A stretch of DNA of 64,000 nt from Coriobacteriia bacterium (GTDB lineage Bacteria; Actinomycetota; Coriobacteriia; Anaerosomatales; JAAXUF01): assembly GCA_013336165.1 (NCBI GenBank), contig JAAXUF010000009.1, positions 311 through 64,310 on the forward strand. Reading direction: 5' to 3'. A model generated the notes under the pieces. The model made no database searches. It had not been told where the DNA came from and saw only the letters and a list, made by a program, of their open reading frames with translations. Shown here one piece after another: positions 7,468 to 14,193 of this stretch. The position numbers and the translations under genes are program-made. Each line of letters starts with the position of its first letter. Positions within the stretch are counted from its first letter, which is position 1.

Positions 7468-7660
7468 CACCATGACGCTTGCCCGATCGGGTGACGGTTC
7501 AGCCAGCACAATCGCCGGCACTTTGGAGCCCACACTGCGAGTCACCTGACCTTGCGGCTGCCTATTCAACATGAGGAACCGTGTTCGCGATCCTAGCGGA
7601 AGGCGGAATCGGAAGGGCGTTGGGCTCGTTGGGAATATTGTAGGATGGCTAGGCTTTGTA

Positions 7661-7754
7661 CACTTGGCAGAAGTCACAAGCTGACTCGCAGATAATCGTC
7701 GCGTTCCGAAAACGTTACGTTCGCAGCTCAAACGTCAAACGTCAGAGGTTGGGC
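7661..7754 (+). repeat. attC site (family A, degenerate left arm)
   Basis: Core GCTGACTCGCAGATAATCGTCGC...CGTTACGTTCGCAGCTCAAACG is nearly identical to the site at 610-695. R' is GTTGGGC (7748-7754). Confidence 0.55.
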
Positions 7755-7776
7755 AGAGAGAAGAGGGGAGCGCAGT

Positions 7777-8259
7777 ATGGTCAGGCAGAATACGGTGTTG
7801 TCAGTGGGCGATAAGGCGCCTGATTTTTCACTGCCTGATGCGCTCACCGGCGAGATTGTCACGCTGACCAGCCTGTTGGGCAAGCCTCTGCTGGTCTATT
7901 TTGCTCGGGGCACTTGGTGCCCGACCTGCCGCAAGTGGATGAGCATCTTAGAGGAGCACGTGCCGGAACTGAAGAGGCGGGGGGCCGGAGTCGTGACAAT
8001 AATGGCCCAGAGACCCGCCAGAATGCGTGACGACCTCAAGGAAACGCCGTATTCCTTCCCTGTTCTGGCGGACGCTGACCGCACTGTGGTGAGAGAGTGG
8101 GGTGTGTACGTGAAGGCCAACTTCGAATCCATCAATATCGCCCGGCCCGCCAACTTCGTTATAGACGCTTCAGGTACAATCAGGTTCATGCATATCGCCA
8201 GTGTTCAGTTCGAGTTCGCCTCGCTTGACGGCATTTTCGCTACTCTCGACGCGTTGTAG
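7777..8259 (+). CDS. AhpC/TSA-family peroxiredoxin / thiol-disulfide oxidoreductase
   Basis: VGDKAPDFSLPD...LVYFARGTWCPTC is a thioredoxin-fold redoxin motif. RBS GAGGGGAG upstream. Confidence 0.85.
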   Translation: MVRQNTVLSVGDKAPDFSLPDALTGEIVTLTSLLGKPLLVYFARGTWCPTCRKWMSILEEHVPELKRRGAGVVTIMAQRPARMRDDLKETPYSFPVLADADRTVVREWGVYVKANFESINIARPANFVIDASGTIRFMHIASVQFEFASLDGIFATLDAL

Positions 8260-8400
8260 ATCCAAGGGACATCAGTTGAGCCGTAGACGTTCGACGGACT
8301 GATAGTCTCTAGTTTGCGATGATGCGAGAGCTTAGCCAATCGGCCAGCGCGAGTCCCAAAACCGCCATTCCCAGACGCCCTTTCCGGTTTCGGGTGCCCG

Positions 8401-8796
8401 TCAGTCCGCGTCGATGAGCTCCTGCATGCGATCGAGGTCTCGGAATGTGATCGTATCCTCCCCGACGTCGAACAGCAGCGGGATTGCCTTCATCTGCTCG
8501 AGGGTGTCAAGCGAGGGGCTTGATGCTTCTTCTCTAGGTAGCACAACGAATCGCGGTGGCATGCCCGCAACCCACGCCCCCTGATACACCAGATCGTAGA
8601 CGGCGTCGTCTGCACTCGGCTTGAACTCGAAGAGAGCTCGGGCTCTGTCGCCGAGTCCGATTATGTAGAGTGCTCGATGCATTCCGGTAGTGTCGCTTGA
8701 GGACTGATAGCCGCGCTCGGCCAACTCGGTGCGAAGCGCGCAGCTCACGGCGCCGAAATCGATCGGAACACCTGTTTGGTTGTTCTCGTCATTCAT
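8401..8796 (-). CDS. Hypothetical protein (the only minus-strand ORF within the array)
   Basis: Reasonable amino-acid composition with an acidic C-terminus and no recognisable family. Start taken at the internal ATG (MNDENNQ...). The track ORF extends to 8856. Confidence 0.45.
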   Translation of the reverse strand: MNDENNQTGVPIDFGAVSCALRTELAERGYQSSSDTTGMHRALYIIGLGDRARALFEFKPSADDAVYDLVYQGAWVAGMPPRFVVLPREEASSPSLDTLEQMKAIPLLFDVGEDTITFRDLDRMQELIDAD

Positions 8797-8863
8797 GCTG
8801 CCCTGCACCTCGCTTCCAGTGTCATCTTCTGAGCCGGATTGGCACGATGGTATCACGGGGAGT

Positions 8864-8946
8864 TGCTAACAGACGTTCGAGCAGACGGCGAAAGCGCTAC
8901 TTTTTCGAGAGCGGCGCGGCCGCTGTTCATGCCCCAGACATTAGGC
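8864..8946 (+). repeat. attC site (family C/B mosaic)
   Basis: TGCTAAC (8864-8870). Core GAGCAGACGGCGAAAGCGCTAC...GAGCGGCGCGGCCGCTG. Ends CATGCCCCAGACATTAGGC with R' ATTAGGC (8940-8946). Confidence 0.6.
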
Positions 8947-9063
8947 GGGTCGTACGAGCTGCTTGGCGATGAGGTTGAAGTTGCTCGATACTTCGATCTG
9001 GCCGCCAGTCTTGGTATCGGTCACCAACCGGAGAGAACACTCCATGTCCGAGAGAGAATTGCC

Positions 9064-9309
9064 ATGAAGCTTGAGAAGGAAACAGAGAGGTATCTGCTCG
9101 ATTCGATCAAACGTTTCTTCGTCGAGGACATGGACGAGGAGATCGGCGACCTCAAAGCGATGCGTGTTCTCGATTTCTGCACTAGGGAGATCGGACCGAG
9201 CATCTACAATCAGGCGATCGCGGATGCTCAGGTATTCTTCCAGGAGAAGGTGTCGGACTTGGGTGGCGTACGATACGAGGGCGAGTTCGATTTCTGGAAG
9301 AAGCGGTGA
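9064..9309 (+). CDS. DUF2164 family protein
   Basis: MKLEKETERYLLDSIKRFFVEDMDEEIGDLKA..VLDF....IGP.IYNQAI.DA is the DUF2164 pattern. The upstream part of the track ORF crosses an attC and is discarded. Confidence 0.7.
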   Translation: MKLEKETERYLLDSIKRFFVEDMDEEIGDLKAMRVLDFCTREIGPSIYNQAIADAQVFFQEKVSDLGGVRYEGEFDFWKKR

Positions 9310-9358
9310 GGCCTGGTTGCACCCGCTTTCTGATGGGGTGCGGATAATCGGCAGATTC

Positions 9359-9442
9359 GTCGACAAGGGCATCGAGAGCGGGCGGCGAAAGCGGTACGCA
9401 AATGACGGTGCATGACCGCCGCTCATGTCTCAGACGTTGGGC
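9359..9442 (+). repeat. attC site (family B/C)
   Basis: GTCGACAAGGGCATCGAGAGCGGGCGG pairs with CCGCCGCTCATGTC. R' is GTTGGGC (9436-9442). Confidence 0.65.
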
Positions 9443-9649
9443 TGACCGGCGTCATTGGGGACTCAGTCGCGGCCGACTTGATTTGGGGGTGGATGTCAGA
9501 GGAGGTGGCGTGGTGGTACAGCGTGTCGGGATGAAGGGACGTGTGCGGCTTACGCCAGTCGTTGTCCGACATTCTCGTTTCATTGGGGCTCGCAGCTGTG
9601 CTCTACTGGCGATCGTGATGTCCGGTCGGGGGTGCTGCCGAGCGGGCGG

Positions 9650-9720
9650 GCCGAACAGAACGCCAAGAGGTAAACTGACCGGAGAGGGTTGCGCGTCTGT
9701 TCGTGCCTCAGACGCTGGGG
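9650..9720 (+). repeat. attC site (family B)
   Basis: GCCGAAC, then CAGAACGCCAAGAGGTAAACTGACCGGAGAGG...GCGCGTCTGTTCGTGCCTCAGACGCTGGGG. R' is the degenerate GCTGGGG. Confidence 0.6.
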
Positions 9721-9760
9721 GCTAGGCAAGCGTGACATCGGGCTATCGAACGGAGTGACC

Positions 9761-10237
9761 GTGCGAACAGTTCAGGAGGCTCTACCCGGATCACTGACTC
9801 CAGACCTGATTGCACCGTGCGGCATGAATTGCGGTCTGTGCAGAGGTCATCTCAGAGACAAGAACCGCTGCCCCGGCTGCAACGGGGATGATGCGGCGAA
9901 GCCGCGATACTGTCTAACGTGCAAGATCAGAGAGTGTGACACCGTCGCCAGTGGTGCGGGCTCGTTCTGTTACGAGTGCACGACCTTCCCTTGCGCTCGG
10001 TTACGTCAGCTCGACAAGCGATACCGTACCAAGTACGGGATGAGCATGACGGAGAATCTTCTCCGGATTCGTGAGACCGGCCTCGAGGCCTTCGTTGCCG
10101 ATGAGAGGCTGAGATGGGCGTGTCCGGAGTGTGGTTCCCTTCTATGCGTCCATCTCCCGGACTGCGGCGTTTGCGGCCATCCTCGGGATTTCTCAGGGCC
10201 GCCCAGCAAGGGCATCGAGCAGAACGCCAAGAGGTAA
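9761..10237 (+). CDS. DUF3795 domain (Cys-rich) protein
   Basis: APCGMNCGLCRGHL...NRCPGC.....KPRYCLTCKIRECD is typical of DUF3795. GTG start with GGAG upstream. The last nine codons (KGIEQNAKR) and the stop are encoded by the attC left arm. Confidence 0.75.
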   Translation: MRTVQEALPGSLTPDLIAPCGMNCGLCRGHLRDKNRCPGCNGDDAAKPRYCLTCKIRECDTVASGAGSFCYECTTFPCARLRQLDKRYRTKYGMSMTENLLRIRETGLEAFVADERLRWACPECGSLLCVHLPDCGVCGHPRDFSGPPSKGIEQNAKR

Positions 10238-10285
10238 ACTGACCGGAGAGGTCATGCGCGTTTGCTCGTGCCTAACGCGTTAGAT
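10201..10285 (+). repeat. attC site (family B)
   Basis: GCCCAGCAAGGGCATCGAGCAGAACGCCAAGAGGTAAACTGACCGGAGAGG...GCGCGTTTGCTCGTGCC. R' is GTTAGAT (10279-10285). Confidence 0.7.
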
Positions 10286-10305
10286 GGAGAGGGCGGGAAC
10301 TGAGG

Positions 10306-10530
10306 GTGAGGGATACCAGCAAGACAATAGGCAAGTTGATCGACGGAGCGGGTGTCTCGATCGTCAGTTCCATCGACAAAGACGGCTTCCCAAACTCCAA
10401 GGCCATGCTTGCGCCAAGGAGGAGGGAAGGCATAAGACGCATCCTCTTCACGACGAACACGTCTTCAATGAGGGTTGGTCAGTATCTCGAGAATCCGAAG
10501 GCATGCGCAATCGGGCAGACTCGCGGGTAG
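10306..10530 (+). pseudogene. Pyridoxamine 5'-phosphate oxidase-fold protein, C-terminally truncated (74 codons)
   Basis: VSIVSSIDKDGFPNSKAML....EG....LFTTNTSS.RVGQ...NPKAC is the N-terminal half of a PNPOx split-barrel protein. The frame runs into the next attC and stops. Confidence 0.5.
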
Positions 10531-10578
10531 ACTGACCTAGGAGCGTGAGCGCGTCTGCCCATGCCCTAGGCGTTACTC
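10498..10578 (+). repeat. attC site (family B, left end uncertain)
   Basis: GGGCAGACTCGC pairs with GCGTCTGCCC. Shares the GTAGACTGACCTAGGAG core. Ends CATGCCCTAGGCGTTACTC (R' GTTACTC 10572-10578). Confidence 0.55.
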
Positions 10579-10607
10579 CGGAACCAGCAGCACGATGGGG
10601 AGGGCTT

Positions 10608-11246
10608 GTGAGGTTTCGTGTGGGTCCCGTTCCGGATGACCCCGGCTTCTGTCCTGAAGTGGGCGGCTGGACTAGGCTGAAAGAGCCGTCACTCGGCTGG
10701 CTGATGGTACTCTCGATACCGCTCGCGGTGGGGATTGCCGCAAGCCTTCTGTTCACGTGGAGCCTCATCGGCCAGATGCACGGTGCGACAGGCGAGGTCA
10801 GTTTCGCCATCACCACCGGCGGGGCTCTTGCGGCTCTCCTTGCGCTCTTGGCCATGGTCGTCGCGCACGAGTTTCTTCACGTTCTCTCGCTGCCGCAATT
10901 CGGCCTTGGCCCTGCCACCACGCTCGGATTCTGGCCGCAGGCGTTCACGCCGTATGTGTCCTATGAAGGTGAACTGTCGCGAGGTCGGCAGATCGTGGTC
11001 GGGGTCGCACCGTTTCTCATCCTGTCGGTCGTCCCACTGCTCGCCGGACTCATCTTCGGCGTTGCGCCGCCGCTCGTAGTCGTGCTCGGTGCGCTCAACG
11101 GATTTGGGTCATCGGCCGATCTCATCGGTGCGGCTATGGTCGCATTTCGGGTGCCTGCTTGCGGTCGCATTCGCAGTAGAGGCGATGAAACGTGGTGGCG
11201 CTCCTGGGACGAGTGTCTGCGTGAGAGGGGAACGCATGCACGATGA
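10608..11246 (+). CDS. DUF3267 (putative zincin-like membrane peptidase)
   Basis: HEFLHVLSLP motif flanked by transmembrane helices. GTG start with GGGGAGGG upstream. Confidence 0.65.
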   Translation: MRFRVGPVPDDPGFCPEVGGWTRLKEPSLGWLMVLSIPLAVGIAASLLFTWSLIGQMHGATGEVSFAITTGGALAALLALLAMVVAHEFLHVLSLPQFGLGPATTLGFWPQAFTPYVSYEGELSRGRQIVVGVAPFLILSVVPLLAGLIFGVAPPLVVVLGALNGFGSSADLIGAAMVAFRVPACGRIRSRGDETWWRSWDECLRERGTHAR

Positions 11247-11760
11247 TGGAGTACGACCGAAGCGCGTGGTCGTAAGAGATCTCATGCAGCAAGGCTATGA
11301 ATACCTGCTGCTTGAGCCGCAGGGCAAGGGGTTCGACCCGCGTTTTGAACCCGAACTCACTCCGCAGGAAATGCTGCGCCTCGGTGTGTTCGGCGGCAGA
11401 TATCTCACTGATTGTCGCGACGAGTTCCCCGACTCCTGGTATGAGGGCGCCAAGCTCTGCCACGATCGACACGACCCGGGCCTCAACTTCTTCGGCGTCA
11501 ACGCCAGCCTGCCGCTTGCCGAGTGGCAGCGCCGCGGATGGATCTACCCCGAAGATCCGAGGGGCTGGTTTCAGTGGTATTGTCGGTACTGGATGGGTCG
11601 CAGGCTACCGTACCAAGACCTGCGGCAGATTGGGCGATGGCGCGCGTTTCGTCGGCACGCAGGTCAGGTGCGCGCGCATTGTCTGCCCGGGGACGACAGC
11701 TGTCGTCCGAAGCAGCGCCAAACCCTGTTGAACTGGGCGTATGATAGCCGTCTGCTGTAG
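11236..11760 (+). CDS. Conserved hypothetical protein (Trp/Arg-rich; WFQWYCRYWMGRR motif)
   Basis: Good coding character. ATG overlaps the previous gene by 11 nt. I recognise it as a conserved family but cannot name it. Confidence 0.6.
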   Translation: MHDDGVRPKRVVVRDLMQQGYEYLLLEPQGKGFDPRFEPELTPQEMLRLGVFGGRYLTDCRDEFPDSWYEGAKLCHDRHDPGLNFFGVNASLPLAEWQRRGWIYPEDPRGWFQWYCRYWMGRRLPYQDLRQIGRWRAFRRHAGQVRAHCLPGDDSCRPKQRQTLLNWAYDSRLL

Positions 11761-11761
11761 C

Positions 11762-11822
11762 AGGCATGACAAAGGCATTGAGCAAGACGCCATGAGGCCG
11801 GACCTGCCGGCATGACGAGGAG
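11762..11822 (+). repeat. attC left half only (family B), right arm and R' missing
   Basis: GCATGACAAAGGCATTGAGCAAGACGCCATGAGG matches family B left arms. No complementary arm or GTT box before the next ATG (11828). Confidence 0.35.
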
Positions 11823-11827
11823 ACGAC

Positions 11828-12733
11828 ATGCGGATCGAGGATCTGAGGCGCTACATCAAGAACACCGAGAAGATGGTGGTCCCGACCAAAGTCGCATCGA
11901 CAATGCAGGGCATCGGCATGCTCCGCCGACTACCTCTGGGACTTCAGCGCTACATAGTCAATAGGGGAGCGCGAACCAACCCGTACATGAGTTTCGTCGT
12001 TGAGCCGTATGGCGTCTTCTTGGCGTTTGAGATCGTTGATACCGATGCGGCCACACGGCTCTTGCCGCCGGGTTACAGCCTGTTTCCGTCGGCGATGTTC
12101 GGCAATACCGCGAAGCGGCCATGCGCGATCATCAGCGCCTTCAACGTTCACACGAGCGTCTTCTGGGGGAGTCGCGTGGAGTTCTACCTGATCGCGGAGA
12201 ATTGCAGGACCGGACTCCTCTCTTGGATCATTGATGAGTACGAGAGCAACGCGCCCAGCTACGACCCGAGCCGGGGCTTCATCGACCCGAGCACGTCCCA
12301 TTCTGTGGTCACCACGTCATATCGGGGTGAGGTCATCGTTGATGTTGTGAGCGCGCAGTCCGCCAACAGTCTTGCCCTCGTCGCTGACCTGAACAACAGT
12401 GTGCTCGCCGAACTCGATCAGCGCCTGTGGGTCGAGGGCAATCTGTCGGTCGACTACGGCGGTGAGCTGCAACAGTGTACCAAGCCCTTCAGCTTGGTGT
12501 TCGACCCGAATGAGATGACTCAGGCGCTGAAGCTTCCGCTCGATGGTATCTCGCTGTGCACCAACACCTTCGGCGCCGGCCTGCTGGACACGACGCCGTT
12601 CGAGGCGGCGTGCTTCCCCTATGCGCAGCACTTCATCACAACCGGCGTCCCGACTGCCACCTCGATGCGGACGGCCGAGGATCTTGAGCAGGCCGTGACT
12701 GAGCTCAATGACCAGCTGAGCGTCCCGCACTAG
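11828..12733 (+). CDS. Hypothetical protein (301 aa)
   Basis: Long ORF with RBS GAGGAG upstream. No family recognised with confidence. Confidence 0.6.
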   Translation: MRIEDLRRYIKNTEKMVVPTKVASTMQGIGMLRRLPLGLQRYIVNRGARTNPYMSFVVEPYGVFLAFEIVDTDAATRLLPPGYSLFPSAMFGNTAKRPCAIISAFNVHTSVFWGSRVEFYLIAENCRTGLLSWIIDEYESNAPSYDPSRGFIDPSTSHSVVTTSYRGEVIVDVVSAQSANSLALVADLNNSVLAELDQRLWVEGNLSVDYGGELQQCTKPFSLVFDPNEMTQALKLPLDGISLCTNTFGAGLLDTTPFEAACFPYAQHFITTGVPTATSMRTAEDLEQAVTELNDQLSVPH

Positions 12734-12819
12734 CTGGTGGACTACCGCGACGCGGCAGTCTGGTCCATGTCGGTTCGGAGGCCGCGCGCCGGACCAACAG
12801 AACGTCGAGGGAGGCTCCG

Positions 12820-13380
12820 ATGGCCAAGTTGATTTTCTCGATGGTTGAGTCACTCGATGGCTACGTCGCGGATCCAGCAGGCAAGTTTGACTGGGCTGAG
12901 CCGGATGAGGCGGTGCACACGTTCATCAACGAACTTGAGCGCCCGGTCGGCACCTATCTGTTCGGCCGTCGGATGTACGAGGTAATGGTCGTGTGGGAGA
13001 CCTTAGACGGGCTTGCTGATCAGCCGTCGTTCATCAAGGAATTCGCTAAGATCTGGCGGGCCGCCGACAAGATTGTCTACTCGTCAACGCTTGACTCCGT
13101 GTCTAGCGCGCGAACGAGGATCGAGCGGGATTTCGACCCTGCTGCGATCCGGCGAATGAAAGAGGAAGTCGTGGGCGACATCTCTGTGGGTGGGCCCGGT
13201 ATCGCTGCCCAGGCAATACGTGCCGGCTTGGTGGACGAGTACCAGCTGTTCGTTGCGCCGGTCATTGTTGGAGGTGGCATTCGGTCGCTCCCTGACGGGG
13301 TTCGACTCAAACTCGAGCTTGTGGATGAGCGTCGCTTCGATAACGGCATGGTATATATGCACTATCGTCCCGCCACCTGA
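12820..13380 (+). CDS. Dihydrofolate-reductase-like (RibD C-terminal domain) family protein
   Basis: MAKLIFSMVESLDGYVADP.GKFDW.......F...L....TYLFGRRMYE is typical of the RibD_C/DHFR-like family. RBS GAGGGAGG. Confidence 0.8.
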   Translation: MAKLIFSMVESLDGYVADPAGKFDWAEPDEAVHTFINELERPVGTYLFGRRMYEVMVVWETLDGLADQPSFIKEFAKIWRAADKIVYSSTLDSVSSARTRIERDFDPAAIRRMKEEVVGDISVGGPGIAAQAIRAGLVDEYQLFVAPVIVGGGIRSLPDGVRLKLELVDERRFDNGMVYMHYRPAT

Positions 13381-13393
13381 CGATACGTTAGGT
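13375..13393 (+). repeat. Minimal attC-like junction (R''/R' boxes without arms)
   Basis: ACCTGAC-gatac-GTTAGGT. The two 7-mers are near reverse complements, and the stop TGA of the preceding gene is inside the left box, as in full sites. Confidence 0.3.
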
Positions 13394-13432
13394 CGGACGT
13401 GTGCTTGTCCATCGCATGAATCGAGGGCTTTC

Positions 13433-13912
13433 ATGTCGGACGCTTCAGCCACATGGTTCCGATCCAAGATCGACTGGTGGATCGGACTGATCCTTGTAGT
13501 GTTGCCATTCATCGAACTTGGAGGTCTGGCCGCTGCCCTACTGGCTGGCGACCGTGAAGCGGCCACTGCGATGGCAATGGGCAGCGGGCTTGTCGCGGCG
13601 ATCTACGGCCTGCTGTTGATCCCGATCCGTTACGGGATCACGGAAGATAGACTGATCATCCGCTTCGGCGTCGTCCGAAGGAGTATCCCACTGAGTGATA
13701 TTCGCGAGGTTCATCCGACACGCAATCCTTTGGCTTCTCCTGCGCTGTCGCTGGACAGGCTCGCGATTCGAGTCGATGAGGGCTTCATTGGGATGAGCCT
13801 CGTTTCGCCTTCAGAGCGTGAGGAGTTCCTGTCGTTGCTTGCGAGCAGCGCGGGGCTCTCACGCGAAGGCAATCGACTGGTGCGTATCAGGGACAGTATG
13901 CCGTCGGCCTGA
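13433..13912 (+). CDS. Bacterial PH-domain membrane protein (YdbS/DUF304-like)
   Basis: Two N-terminal transmembrane helices followed by YGITEDRLIIRFGVVRRSIPLSDI.....NP. The track ORF start at 13190 overlaps the previous gene and is rejected. Confidence 0.65.
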   Translation: MSDASATWFRSKIDWWIGLILVVLPFIELGGLAAALLAGDREAATAMAMGSGLVAAIYGLLLIPIRYGITEDRLIIRFGVVRRSIPLSDIREVHPTRNPLASPALSLDRLAIRVDEGFIGMSLVSPSEREEFLSLLASSAGLSREGNRLVRIRDSMPSA

Positions 13913-13990
13913 CAAGGCATCGAGCAGAACGTCGGAAGTAGACCGGCCTGAAGGCGTGTGAGCGTCTGCTCATGCGCAACACTTTAGGAC
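13908..13990 (+). repeat. attC site (family B)
   Basis: GCCTGAC (contains the TGA stop), then AAGGCATCGAGCAGAACGTC pairing with GAGCGTCTGCTCATGC. R' is the degenerate TTTAGGA (13984-13990). Confidence 0.6.
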
Positions 13991-14193
13991 GACGACGGGA
14001 GCCAGCCTTCACGAGACCGAGCCACTCGCGTACCATCGCTTTGGCTGCTTGAGTGCCCAGTGCCGCGCTAGTTAGGAGTCCGAATGCAGTCTGCTCGTTT
14101 CCGACGACACAGAGACCCCGATGGCAAGGGGTTGAACATCATTCCGTCGGCCCACCACAGCGCGTCTGTCCGTGTCTTCGTTTTGGAGACGGC

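Noticed and set aside
8260-8400. Searched for an attC between the peroxiredoxin gene and the inverted ORF (CCATTCCCAGACGCCC faintly resembles family B right arms)
   Set aside because: No GTT box, no complementary left arm and no family core.
9402-9725. 107-aa + strand ORF in the mini-cassette
   Set aside because: It starts inside one attC and ends inside the next. It is Arg/Gly-rich with non-protein-like composition, typical of a high-GC read-through frame.
13190-13432. N-terminal 81-codon extension of the PH-domain ORF
   Set aside because: It overlaps the DHFR-like gene in another frame and crosses the R''/R' junction. The ATG at 13433 gives a normal transmembrane-first N-terminus.
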